DNA of 64,000 bases from Mobula hypostoma (taxonomy: Eukaryota), in the NCBI RefSeq assembly GCF_963921235.1, contig NC_086108.1, positions 31,808,001-31,872,000 of the forward strand, in the 5' to 3' direction. Every line of letters begins with the position of its first letter. The first letter of the stretch is position 1. The notes under the pieces are model-generated. The model did no database searches. It was not told where the DNA came from and saw only the letters and a list, made by a program, of their open reading frames with translations. Shown here piece by piece: positions 13,530-26,557 of the stretch. A program made the position numbers and the translations under genes.

Positions 13530-14055
13530 CTTTCATTTGTACATTAAACTAGACAGATAACTCCATACACAGGTACATCAAGTATAAAAGAGAAAAACAG
13601 AATGCAGACTATAATGTTATGGTGGAGAAAGTGCAGTGCAGGTAGACAATAATGGCGAGGGCCATGTCTAGGTAGACAGATCAAAGGCTCATTTTTAATC
13701 ATATAGAAGATCCATTCAAAATAGTCTTATGACAACAGGACAGAAGCCATCCTTGAGCCTCATGGTGAACGCTCTCAAGATTTTGCATCTTCTCTCTGAT
13801 GGGAGGAAGAACAGGAAGCAGGATGACCAGGGTGGAAGGGATCCTTGATTAGGTTGGCTGCTTTTCCATGGACAGAGTCATGGTTGGAAAGCTGGTTTCC
13901 GTAATGCTATGGGCTATGTTCACAACTCTGCAGTTTCTTGGATGCCCTTGATAGCATTCTTAGTGCAGTGCATCTGTAAATATCGGTGAGAATCATCAGG
14001 GACATGCCAATTTTCTTAGCCTATTGAGAAAGTAGAAGTGCTATGTAATTTCCAG
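13530..14055 (-). mobile_element. Degenerate Rex1/Babar-like LINE 3' fragment
   Basis: Similar to the IKDPSHPGH..FS.LPSGRR..S...T.R...SF.P C-terminal motif seen in the copies at 19175-19350 and 51775-52086. Confidence 0.6.
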
Positions 14056-14059
14056 CTGC

Positions 14060-17000
14060 ATCATCCGTTAATCTCCTTTTCCATTCTTCGGTATCAGTGA
14101 ATCACCAAAATTGAATGACTTCGACATCAACTTCCTCAATCCACGAGACCTCCTCTTCCATTTTCCCTGTGAAACTAGATACTACTGTCACAGGAAAACG
14201 ATGGGCAATCTGCATTCCATGTCTTAAGGTAACATCTTTTCCTAAGGTGTTCCTGATAATCACCATCATCCTGTTTGCATAGACAGCTGAAGATTTCTGC
14301 AGTTCAGGTCTCACCAGCACTCCTGCAGGCAAGCATGACTCTTCCTCTTGATCATCAGGAGCATCCACCTGAATGATCGAGGCATTGGGCACTCCGGAAA
14401 ATTTGGGGGCTCCTTTCACTCCAGGACACAACAATGACATGCTTAGACTGATGTACTACACAGTTACTAGCTTCCGCTCATCATTCTGCTTAGGAAGAAC
14501 TTGAACCTTCTCAAGAGCAGCTCTGAACAAAGGGTGAATGGATAAGGTTTTCAAAAAGTGCTCTCCATTTCTCTCCTTGGATGCTCCCACGAGCCTCGTC
14601 ACAATGGAAGTATTCGTTCCCACAAAAATGGAAGCTATTCAGCAGCGTTCCTCTGCATTGCAAGTTGTACAGGTGGGTCTAGATTTCCACTGGATGTGTC
14701 ACGTTTAGCTGAAACATTAGCAGACATCCATCGAGTTAGCTCAGCTTGAAGATTTTCCACCTCATTCTTCTAAAGCTCTTTCTCTGTGGCATCAAGGCTC
14801 ACTTTAGCAGAAGCTACCACTGAAGATACAACTGCTTTTGGAAATGCTCCACTTCTTAATCATGTTTTCCTCCTGAGTAACTTAGTAAAAGATGGAGGGC
14901 GCATCTTGCGAGTCATTTGAATACACTGTTACATACCTTGTGGGTATCCTGTGACTATCTTATGACCATGATGTAATTGAATATCTTGTGAGCATGATGT
15001 AATGGTCTTGTGATGGTGGGGTGATGTAATTTTCCCACCAGTGTGAGGTCACGTGAAGACATGTTCCCAACAGAAATATAACGGGAAACCCCTGTTGTTA
15101 CGCAGTTGATTTGTTAATTCGTCAGTTACTCCATTATGCTGCGTATTCGTCTCATGATGGAGTTTCGTTTTGAAGTGGAGTTTTACTTTCTATTGTAAGT
15201 CTAGTATTGGAGAGTGAAGACCTTACTAAAGTATGGGAACCTGAACGATTGGGTAAAGTTGGTGTCGTTCCGCAGTTTAATACAAGATCGACCTTATTGA
15301 ATCTTCATTCAGAAATAGTGGCCTGCATCTGAGATAACCCCTGTAAGATCAGGAAGGTTTGTGCAGTGTTTATTCACCAGGGAAAAGGTCAGTTCCTTTA
15401 AGCCATTTTATTTCCTTCGTCGTGAATCCTTTGAACAGAATCAGCAGTAACGTCATGTCTTCGAAGAAATACGTTTCCAGAGAAGTGTCACTTTAAGACT
15501 GTGTTCCAATTTACCACTTTAAGAACTGTTCCAGAGTTTCCGTATAGCAGTTAACTTCCGGTTAAGTTAGTCGTTTGAATACTTTTCACTATTGTTGAGC
15601 AGAGTTTAATAAATGTTTATGTTTGTTTTTAAAACCTGACTCAATGCTATATTCATTGTTGCTGGTCACGTGACAACAGAGCAATCATGTCATGTGACAG
15701 CTTGCCGTTCACAACTTACCCCAACCTCAAGCAATTTTTCTGAGACAGCTAAATGCCCTTTTTGTGGGACAAACAATGTAGCAGTTTCTCCAACCTGAAA
15801 AGGAAGGCAACTTCTCTCCATCCCCCTGGAATGAGTGCCTGAATTTCATCCTAAAATCTGCTGTACTTTCATCAGTGCTGAAAGCATCTTCTAGAGCTTG
15901 CAGGTAATTAGCTGCCTTTAGGAACCTCACTATATTAACCGTTGGAACCTTTGAACTCTCCATGTCTCTTTTTTCATATCTGAGCACTGCCACTCATCTA
16001 TTAACTGAGATGTCTGCTCCACCCAAGCCACATATTCCCCATCAGATGTGAACTTAACTCCAGAGAACACCCACAGCCTACGATAACTTTGGCATTTATC
16101 AACCAGTGATGTAATAGTCAAAACAAGAAATAGAATTTTTGCCAACCGCTGAAGGACCTATTAGACCTTTCACATCAGACAACTTTCTCATTTCACAGAA
16201 ACAAAAACAACTTGTCTTTAAAGTCTTCACCCTCAGCTATATGCCCCCCTTCTCTCAAAATATGGACTACGCATGACCACACCTCTCCACACTGCACCTT
16301 TCAGGCAGTGCAATTTCAGTTATGTCACTGCTAGTCTGGACTAACGTGACATCCTTACCAGCTGATTGGACAAAATGCCGTTAGATCAATGCAACCGTTC
16401 CAACATCTATTAGAGGACTCAGCACTCTCAGTAGCAGTTCGTCAGGAATTTGAACATACACCCCACTCAAACACAAACATTATTTGTAGTAGATAACTGC
16501 TTTGAATCACACCAACCCTTTATCCCTGCAGCATCCACAATAAAGTACCTTAATCACTTTCCTCAACACAAGCCCAACCACTGGCTTAAACACAAACAGC
16601 AGTCACACAGCATCTGAAATCCTGGATGAGTCCCCACAAATGTAACTCTCTCACCAGAGCTTATACACAAACTTGGCTCATTAGCTAACTCTACTAATAC
16701 ACGTCTGGGGTTGAAATGATCTGGGGCTCAACCAAGTAGGAAGCTCGATTTTAACGAATCAGTCGGCCAAAAAAACAGCTCGTGCACCCCAAATTATAAA
16801 GGAAGTATATTTACCAACCTTAGCTTCATCCAGCTAAAAGGAAAAAGAAAATAAAAGGGACAAAAACAATTCAACTAATCCAATGAACACATAACCACTG
16901 GAGCTCATAATGGAGTATTTGGAGGTGTATCTCTTACTCTGCACTGGAGCACCTGCCACATTCCACACTTCCCTTTGAATCTATCTCAAACAAACTGGCT

Positions 17001-17354
17001 CTCTCTCAGGCATACTGTCCCTTCCTCCTTAGATCCATTCATCTTCACAAAGCACTTCCTGCAACAGGGACTCTCCTTCCAATGGCATTCATCAGCATCT
17101 TCCCTTGGGCCCCGCTCCGTAGCCCTCATCAAAAAGGCCCTAAACTAGACTACCATCCTTCAGAAAACTCTACCCCACAGGCGCTCTAGAACCTTCTCAC
17201 AACCACAATCCTAACTGGCTGACTCACATTCCTAAGCTGTATAACATGAGTCCTTATCTTAGCCGAAAGCAAAACACTTTCCAGCATGGCACACTGCTTT
17301 TACAGAAAACTGCTAATATAAACAACCTCACAGCATCTCAACCAGGACATTACA
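14060..17354 (-). mobile_element. Truncated Gypsy LTR retrotransposon with PNMA-like gag (5' LTR 16641-17354, tRNA-Pro-type PBS ~16619-16636, gag and start of pol)
   Basis: LTR has TG..CA ends. The adjacent minus-strand tggggactcatccaggat resembles the Pro PBS TGGGGGCTCGTCCGGGAT. ORF remnants YRRLWVFSG...WVEQTSQLIDEWQCSD and YLQALEDAFSTDES...FRHSFQGDGEKL are PNMA/Ma-type gag. 14102-14440 is probably pol-derived. Confidence 0.85.
14927..15675 (+). mobile_element. Solo LTR nested in the Gypsy gag
   Basis: TGTTAC...GTGACA ends, TATA-like motif ~15075, AATAAA ~15608. Interrupts the gag remnant (HDMIAL|CIQMTRK). Flanks acac/acag are an imperfect TSD. Confidence 0.75.
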
Positions 17355-17382
17355 GAAGCTTGTCAACATTTGAGATGACGTG

Positions 17383-18245
17383 TGTGACGAGAATACACAT
17401 AAATTAAGATGTTTGCTGGCCTGGGCTAGCAACAGTGACATCAGCAGTTGGTCTGCCACCTGTCCTCAGGGGAGGGAGAGACAAGGCAAACAACGAAGCA
17501 GCATTTGGAGGTGTTAATGAAGGAGCCATCAGTCTGGGTATTGTCAAGAGCGGCTCCCCCTTTGAACCCTGAACTGTTTGAAGTGATGGACAGGCGATAC
17601 CCCAGCAGGGGGATAAAAAGGGACAGGTTCGCTAAGGCAAGTCACACATGACACCCAAGGTAAAGAGACCCTGGAAGCGGTGCGCCTCTCACAAGTCGGT
17701 GGGAAGTACCAAACCATAAACGCACAGGGTGGAAAGGTACGATCAGCGGGAGCCCGGTGTGTGTCCACCCTCGCTTGGGTGCCGGGTTCACTGCAGAGGA
17801 TTGACCGCATCTGGAGGAGGGGTCACAGTCGGTGACCTCAGGTGACATCACAAAGGACCCGCCCAGAAAGCTGCTTGTGAGCAATATTGCCAGTCTGTGA
17901 GTGGAAGCCGTTCTGAATGATCAGTCGTTCCCGTTCTCTCTCTCTCCCCCCCCCATTGTCCATCGCCATAGCAACGATTACTGCGAACTGAACTAAATTG
18001 GACTGAACTTTGTGTCACTTTGAAATTGGTCATTTACCCCTAGACAACGATAGAGCTTGATTGATGCTGTTATCTTAATTCTGTGCACATGTGTGTTTAT
18101 CATTGCTGAACTGTTGCATTTATTATCCTTTCGATTACTGTGTTGCTTGTTTCTTTAATAAAACTTTCTTAGTTCTAGTAATCCAGACTCCAACTGAGTG
18201 AGCCATTTCTGCTGGTTTGGCAACCCAGTTACGGGGTACGTAACA
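17383..18245 (+). mobile_element. Solo LTR (family A, copy 1)
   Basis: TGTGAC...GTAACA ends, perfect 4-bp TSD cgtg, gataaaa TATA-like motif, AATAAA ~18157. Highly similar to 42201-43283. Confidence 0.92.
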
Positions 18246-18354
18246 CGTGCCAAATCTTCGCACACTTCTTAAAGAAAAAGTAGGTGGCTCCATGTTTCCG
18301 TTATGTTGAACCAGTCCAACCTGTTTTAATTGAGTTAGTTTTATTGATTCGATA

Positions 18355-19753
18355 GGTTTCAATTAGGTCACCCTCATTCTTCTGAATTCTAGTGAATACA
18401 GGCCCAGAGCCAAACACTCTTCATATGACAAGCCGTTTAGTCCTGGAATCATTTTCGTGAACCTCCAGTTTCATCACAACCTTTCGAAGATAGGGTACTG
18501 AAAGAAATGACAAAAGTTATCATAGAGGCATTGGTGATGATTTACCAAAAAATCATCACCAAAGCCTCTAGACTCTGGGCAGATCCCGGAGGATTAGAAG
18601 ACGGCAAATGTCATGCCACTGTTCAGAAAAGGATGTAGGCAAAAGGCAGGTAACTATAGGCCAGTTAGTTTAACATCTGCAGTTAGGAAATGCTTGAAAT
18701 TATTCTTCTTCTTCGGCTGTCCATCGATTTCGATGTTGACTGAGGCCTGGGCAAGGTTATATGGAAGACTGACAGTTACCCATGCTGCAAGTCTCCCCTC
18801 TCTACGCCACCGATGTTATCCAGACCTTCAGATCACTAGACCGATGCCTTAACCGCTTGGCACGTGCCAACACTTGAAGCTATTAAACAAATAGCGAGGC
18901 ATCTGGAAAGAAATGGATCCATCAGGCAGATGCAGCATGGATTCAGGAAAGGCAGATCCTGTTTGATAAACTTACTGGAGTTCTTTGAGGATGTTAGATT
19001 AGATTCAACTTTATTGTCATTGTGCCGAGTACAGACACAAAGCCAATGAAATGCAGTTAGCATCTAACTAGAAATGCAAAGGATAGTGTTATTTACAAAA
19101 TAACTGCGAATAAGAAGTGCTACAGCACACAAATATAAAAGTACTGAGACAGTACAATATGGCTGCAATACTGCTTAGCACTGTGATGTGAGGTTCAGCA
19201 GGGTCACAGCCTCAGGGAAGAAGCTCTTCCTGTGCCTGCTGGTGCAGGAGCGAAGGCTCCTGTAGCATCTACCAGATGGGAGAAAAGTAAAAGGTCCATG
19301 GTTAGGGTGAGATGCATCCATGATAATGCTTTTCGCCCTGTCTAGGCAGTGTTTATAATGAGTACAGTGGATAGAGGGGAACAGATAGACGTAATTTGGA
19401 TTTCCAGAAAGCATTTGATAAGGTGCCACAGAAAAGACTTATCCATAAGATAAGGATGCATAGAGTTGGGGGTGATGTATTAGCATGGTTAGAGGACTGG
19501 TTAACTAATAGAAAGCAGAGTTGGGATACTTGAGTGTTACTCTGGTCGGCAATCAGTGGTGAGCGGTGTGCCAGGGGTCTGTGCTGGGCCCACACTGTTC
19601 ACAATATACATTAATGATCTAAAAGAGTGTAGTGTATCTAAGTTTGCTGATGATACTAATCTGAGTGAAAAAACAATTAAGCAGAAGATATGGAGAGTCT
19701 GCAGAGACATAGAAGGTTAAGAGAGTGGGCAAGGGTCTGGCAGATGGAGTACA
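18355..19753. mobile_element. CR1 insertion with an internal inversion (minus piece ~18355-18495, plus piece ~18495-19753), interrupted by a short SINE-like insert (~18704-18871) and a Rex1-like fragment (~18994-19352)
   Basis: Plus piece encodes RVLKE..., PLFRKG..AGNYRPVSLTS, QHGFRKGRSCLINLLEFFED, DFQKAFDKVP, KFADDT. Minus piece corresponds to the downstream RFTR.IPG...RMR.DLIET region. Confidence 0.8.
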
Positions 19754-22700
19754 AAATACTCTACCAACACCCCTTATCAGGTGGTTTCTCACATGCACCG
19801 TGTAAAAAAACTTATTAACTTAAAAAAAAATTTGAACATTAATATTTAGCAAGAATGGGCACAAAATGTATACAGCCTGAGAAGAATGTTATGACCTGTA
19901 CTAGGGAGGTATCATATGATATTGAAGAGTATTGGTCCCCAATATATAGACATTAGCTCTAGAAAGGCAATGTGGCAAATGCAGAGAAACCAGATAATAT
20001 TCAAGAAGAAAGTATGTCAGACTTAGGGATATATACATTCTCACACCTTTCTGATTTAATTGCACATCAGGCATTGTAAAATTTAACTTATGTATTTTTA
20101 ATTAAACACCAAGGATGCCTTTTACTCTTGACAAAACATTCTACCTGAAATATGTAATTCAGATACCACATACATGGGCTGGTTAAAAGATGCGAGATGA
20201 AATGAAAAATGCCACAAAGTATTTTGTTCATGACTGTACAGGAAGGGATCCTGTGGCTTGGGAGCAAAACTTGTGGAAGACCTGGGTGGCATAACATTTC
20301 CATCATTACAACCAACAATTTCTGTAGAAATTAGGGCTGAAATATATTAATTTCAAGAATTGCTCTTGTTACCAGAAGTTCAGAGAGCTCTGGCAAAATA
20401 ACAAGATTAGAACATAAACGGCACAAGTCTTCATCATCCTTATATGCCCATGCCAACTGACACAATCCAATTCACCCTCTAATTTTACCTTTAACCTTGT
20501 CTCTACACAGCTCCTGTAGCTTAATGGAATGCTGTAAATTATGGAGATTCTTAATTACTTGTGTCACATTGAATGTTTTAAAAATGACAAAATAAGATGT
20601 ATGGACTGGATTTCCAGTAGCACTTCAAAAATACATTAATACTCAGTCCAGATTAAGAGTTTACACTCAAAATGTCAAATGTCTATTTCCCTTCACAAAC
20701 GCCGCTTGATCTGTTGAGTTGCAGCTGCTCTTCTTTTCGTCCAGATTCCAATCTCAGTAGTCTCATGTCTTCACACATTTTGGAACATGCTTGTGGTTTC
20801 TAGATTGCATCTCCTCAAGACTGATTACCAACAAACTTGACGCAGCCTGCTCTGTTCCAAGAAAACATCATTAAATGGTCAGCAGTGTGTACAGGAAATG
20901 ATCCAGAGCTTTAAAGCTCTTCTCCCCAAATCACTCACAATCCACGCAGATTTTTAATTCCACCATCTGCCAGAATTCAGCATTCCCACAAGGGCAAGGC
21001 CCGCAAAAAAGGCTGCTTTCAGTGCAACTTTTGACCGCACAGGACTGAAGAACATTCATTTAAAGCATGCTTACACTCACCTAATCTAATCATCCAGCCC
21101 ATTGAACAGCTTGATGCTCCATAATAGAGTACAGCTCAACAACAATATTCTGCCCTGGCAGTCCCAGCTGTGGTGAGCATGATCACTGAGGTGGCAAGTC
21201 TATAAATAGCTTAATCAGAGAAGACAACTTTATAACCAATTCAAGTCTCATTGGACCTCACAACACATTTCAAATAGGCCTGCAGAAACATATGGAATAA
21301 TCTACAAAAAAAAAGGTTGCTTCCATTTGGGACATTATAGATGGCACCATAGGGAATTTGACATTAGGTTCAAGGATGCTTGCAGGTTCAATCAAATAAA
21401 GATGCATCCTGGAAATATATTCTTCCCACCACTTTATCTCTACAGAATACTGAGGAAGAAAACCACCTCAGTGCAAGTAGAGGAAGCTGAACTATCACCT
21501 GCTTGGATCTGACACCAAAGTTTTGAATCACTACTGGCTGTGCCAACTATTCCCCATTATCTAAGCCAGGATACATGATAACCAACTGTGCAAAACACTG
21601 AGACAATATCTTCGTACCTTTGGAAAGTTCTACCTCTCCAAAAATATTTTACACTAAATGATCAGTTGCAGGTGCTTTAACAATAGATTATCCTTCATGT
21701 AGAACCTCAAGGTGCAGAAGGGCATGATTCAGCCTGCAAGTCAGAAGGCTAACATTGAATATTCTAGAAGTGGAGTCTTAATGTTGAAATGTACCCATGG
21801 GAACACATAACACTGCATTGTGACCAGCAATTGGTCTGAATAACTTGCCAATATGGAAAGAGAATAGCAGATGAAAAGAATGCAGAGGGAATTTATCCAA
21901 GTCATGTTCTAGGCACACCCATCTTATCAGATGGCCAACAACATCAGGGTAGCATCTTTAGGTTGAGAAAGTTAGGCTGAATGTTTAAATTAGCATGGTC
22001 AGTTCAGGCCAAGGGCTGCTGGAGTGGTAGACAGATGCATGCACACTCCACATTAAACAGGTCACTAGTATATAACTATATTTAGAATGCATTGAGTAGT
22101 GTTTTTCATTTGCATTCTATTAATAGGAAATGGAAGGAAAACAGTAGGAAATATCTAGCCACTATTTGGAGAAAGACAAAATTAAGTCCTATAAGGCTGA
22201 GCAGCTGGCACCAACAGCTAATATACAGCTGCATGAGATAAACAATGCCCCACTGTGATACCTGTCCACCTTGTTCTCTATTGAGAGTCATGGTCTCACC
22301 AACAGGAGTAACTTATGAAACTTTATCAGCTCAGGGGATCTCCCATCCACTGCTACCAACCTTACAGTTCCCACACTTTCCCTTTTTACCTCCTACCCAA
22401 GATCCACAAACCTGCCTGTCTCGGTAGACCCATTGTCTCAGCTTGCTTCTGCCCCACCGAACTCATTTCTGCATACCTCGACACGGCTTTATCCCCCTTG
22501 TTCAATCCCTTCCCACCTATGTTCGTGACACTTCTCACGCTCTGAATCTTTTCAATGATTTTAAGTTCCCTGGCCCCGACCATGGATGTCCAGTCCCTAT
22601 ATACCTCCATTCCCCACCAGGAAGGTCACAAAGCTCTCCGCTTCTTTTTGGATTCCAGACCTAACCAGTTCCCGTCTACCACCACTCTCCTCTGTCTAGC

Positions 22701-23633
22701 AGAATTAGTCCTTACTCTTAATTTCTCCTTTGGCTCCTCCCACTTCCTCCAAACTAAAGGTGTAGCCATAGGCACCTGTATGGGTCCCAGCTTGGCTTTG
22801 TGGAACAATCCATGTTCCAAGCCTATACTGATATCTGTCCCCCACTTTTCCTTCGCTAAATCGATGACTGCATTGGTGCTGCTTCCTTGCATGCATGCTG
22901 AGCTCGTTGACTTCATTTACTTTGCCTCCAGCTTCCACCCTGCCCTTAAGTTTACCTGGTCCATTTCCGACACCACCCTCTCCTTTCTTTATCTTTCTGT
23001 CTCTACCTCTGGAAACAGCTTATCTACTGATGTCTACTATAAGCCTACAAACTCTCACAGCTACCTGGACTGTTCCTCTTCCCACCATCTCTTGCAAAAA
23101 TGCCATCACCTTCTCGCAATTCCTCCGTCTCCGCCGCATCTGCTCTCAGGATGAGGCTTTTCATTCCAGGACGGAGGAGATGTCCTTTCTTAAAGAAAGG
23201 GGCTTCCCTTCCTCCACCATCAACACTGCTCTCAAACGCATCTCTCCCATTACGCACATCTGCTCTCATTTCATCCTCCCGCCACCCCACTAGGAATAGG
23301 GTCCCCTTTGTCCTCACCTACCACCTCACCAGCCTCCGGGTCCAACATATAATTCTCTGTAACTTCCGCCACCTCCAACGGGATCCCACCACTAAGCACA
23401 TCTTTCCCTCCCCCCCCTTTCTGCTTTCCGCAGGGATCACTCCCTACGGGACTCCCTTGTCCATTCGTCCCCCCATCCCTTCCCACCGATCTCCTTCCCG
23501 GCACCTATCCTTGTAAGCAGAACAAGTGCTAAACATGCCCTTACACTTCCTCCCTCACCACCATTCAGGGCCCTAGACAGTCCTTCCAGGTGAGGCCATA
23601 CTTCACCTGTGAGTCAGCTGGGGTGATATACTG

Positions 23634-24968
23634 CAGGGTTCCCGAACCCTTTTTTGCACCGCAGACCAGTTTAATATGGACAATCTTCTTGCGGACTAGC
23701 CGACCGGCGGGGGAGTCTTTCACAGTTAAGATTGCCAACTTTCTCACTCCCAAATAAGGAAAAAAAAGTAGCAGTCAAATCCTGGGACACTTTACAATGA
23801 CTACCATGACCATGAAGCCTTGCACGGGCACCGGTGTGCGCATGCGTGAAGTGCGCATGTTGTTAGAGTGGATTTCTTTTTGGGTAGATGATTTGTTTAC
23901 ACTTAAATGACTTTGGCCACCAGAATTCTATTTTAACTGTTTGACAAAGGACTGTGGATTGAGTCCACCACAATGGGCTTCCTAAAAGGTGTGAATACCA
24001 GATACTTCTGGTGCCTGATGCTGTAGCTTCGAAGACAGTATGATCTATACATTATAAATATTAATTGTCTTCTATGTTGGCACGTAAAATGCCAAATAAA
24101 TGTATTGTGGATTGAAATAAAGGCTGTGGATACCAACCCAGACATGTTGGCGTCAGAAAGGATGAAATCCGAAGGTGTGATGTTTACATGTAACTTCAAA
24201 AGGAAGCATTGTCTATGCATTGTCTGTAACTTTTTAAGTAGCGATTGCCTTTGTGTTTAGCATATAAATATCGAGCCCACATTTAGCTAGCAGACCTTTC
24301 TGCGGAAAGCGTCTCCGTCCATAAGATGCCTGCTGTACCTTGTTGTATTGAATAAAGAAGCTGCTTTGTATCTACCAGTGACTCTGTCTCTCCGGTAATT
24401 TCATCCACGCTACAACACATGTAATGTGCGCATTCGCGTACACGCCGATTTTTCCCCCACAAATCGGTTTTGCCTTCATCTTCCCGGCTATACTGTACAT
24501 ACATTATTTCTACTTTGTATAGGATGTGTATTTATCATATCATTCCTGCTTTTACTATATGTTAAGTGTTATTTATTTTCCGTTTTGTGTTATTTGGTAT
24601 GATTTGTTAGGTTATTTTTGGGTCTGGGAACGCTCAAAATTTTTTCCCATAAAAATTAATGGTAATTGCTTCTTCGCTTCGTGCCATTTCGGCACGAAAG
24701 GCTTCATAGAACGCTCTACCTTAGCGGGGGGGGGGGAGGAGAAGAGAAATACGGGACAAAGGCGGTGCCGTATGGGACAAATGAATTTAGCCCAATACAC
24801 AGGATGCCCCAGCTAATATGGGATAGTTGGCAACCCTATGTTCAAGGTCAACAGTGCGTGACAGCGAATGAGGAAAGGTGCAGCTGACTCATATCATTTC
24901 CTCACGTCCCGGTAGCACAGGCTTTGCAGCCTGGTACCAGCCCACAGCCCGGTGGTTGGGGGCCACTG
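23634..24968. mobile_element. Non-autonomous hAT (Charlie-like) composite element
   Basis: Imperfect TIRs CAGGGTTCCCGAACC / CAGTGGCCCCCAACC and a perfect 8-bp TSD atatactg (23626-23633, 24969-24976). Confidence 0.88.
23861..24417 (+). mobile_element. Solo LTR inside the hAT element
   Basis: TGTT...AACA ends, 5-bp TSD catgt (23856-23860, 24418-24422), AATAAA at 24351. Confidence 0.85.
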
Positions 24969-25673
24969 ATATACTGCGTCCGGTGCTCCCGATGCAGCCT
25001 TCTATATATTGGCAAGACCTGAGGCAGGCTGGGAGACTGTTTCGCTGAACACCTACACTCTGTCCGCCAAAGAAAGCAGGATCTCCCAGTGGCCACACAT
25101 TTTAATTCCACGTCCCATTCCCATTCTGCTATGTCTATCCACGGCCTCCTCTACTGCCACATTCAGGTTGGAGGAAAAACATCTTATATTCCGTCTGGGT
25201 AGCCTCCAACCTGATGGCATGAACATTGACTTCTCTAATTTCCGCTAATGCCCCACCTCCCCTTCCTAACCCATCGCTTATTTTTTTTCCTCTCTCTTTT
25301 TTCTCCCTCTGTCCCTCTCACTATAACTCTTTGCCTGTCCTCCGGGTTTTCCCCCTCCCCCTTTCTTTCTCCCTGGGCCTCCCGTCCCATGATCCTCTCC
25401 CTTCTCCAGCCTCGTATCCCTTTTGCCAATCAACTTTCCAGCTCTTAGCTCCATCCCTCCCCCTCCTGTCTTCTCCTATCATTTTGGATCTCCCCCTCCC
25501 CCTTTCAAATCCCTTACTATCTCTTCTTTCAGTTAGTCCTGACGGAGGGTCTCGATCCGAAACGTCAACTGTACCTCTTCCTAGAGATGCTGCCTGGCCT
25601 GCTGTGTTCAGCAGCACTTTTTGTGTGTGTTGCTTGAAATTCCAGCATCTGCAAATTTCCTCGTGTTAACTTA

Positions 25674-26241
25674 TGAAACCTCAGTTTCCTTGGACTGCAT
25701 ACGTCTAGGGAATACACACTCTGGTCCCTCCAAATCCGTGAGATTGGGATGGCCCTCCCACTCCAAACCCTGGTTTGTGTGAATGCTGTGTAATTTGCAA
25801 TCCTGTTACAAATCTGTGCCAAGAAATAACAGACAGCACACTGCATAGGATGAAAGGAACTTATGAATGTTAACTTAACTAAAGCGTTAGTAAAGAACAA
25901 AAAGAGCACATTATAATTAAACAGTCAAACGTGCACAAGTTGGAGCTCAACTCGTCCAAAGACATATTCACCAATCCTCAGTGGATCGCCACTTAGTCCA
26001 TTGAATCATGTCCCCACTGGGTTGAATCCTATGACCGGTTCTCTCCAGCATCTTCTCTCTTCACCTCCCACCAAACTAAGAACCCCCAGCTCACACCAGT
26101 GTCAGACTCACAAAAAAAAACCTGCTCCCCTGATTGGATAGCTCACATTGCAAAGCACCTGTTATCTCTAACCATAACCCACACTCTGCTTCTACAGAAA
26201 GACCATTATGTTAGCAGTGAAACCTTTACCAGGGTGTTACA
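25674..26241 (-). mobile_element. Solo LTR, distantly similar to the Gypsy LTR at 16641-17354
   Basis: TG...CA ends, 4-bp TSD ctta. Shares motifs (ggagctca, ctcacatt..aagc, ctgctt.tacagaaa) with 16641-17354. Confidence 0.75.
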
Positions 26242-26557
26242 CTTAAGACAGGAACGATAATCAAGTCAAGCTGTTTCTAAGCAAAACTTGCAAGGAGATA
26301 AGGGACAATGGGTTTACTGCTGGGATATCTCCAATCGCACACAGGGCGGCTAAGCAGATACCAGAGCTGGCCATTGCCATAGCAAAAGCAGTAACAGGAA
26401 CTCAGGCCAACGAATAATTAGGCCAGGCCATTGTAGCCCACCAGATCCAAGTGAAGGGGAAAAAACCTCAATGTAGACTCACTGAGGAGCAGTGCATATG
26501 CATTGGATTGTGGTAACCTGTAATAATAATGAATTGCATTCTCTTTCCCCAAGAATA

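Larger units (their letters stand above)
22322..25666 (+). mobile_element. Penelope-like element (RT plus GIY-YIG remnants, 3' pLTR), 5'-truncated, interrupted by a hAT-type composite
   Basis: [81 protein letters not shown]-type YIG.T..RL..RF.EH. 13-bp TSD taacttatgaaac at 22309-22321 and 25667-25679. Confidence 0.92.

Noticed and set aside
21081..21199. Possible cassette exon in SUCO intron 1 (tag...gtgagt on the minus strand)
   Set aside because: Weak polypyrimidine tract, it would create an immediate stop after exon 1 (TG+A), and it appears to lie in decayed repeat sequence. There is no transcript evidence.
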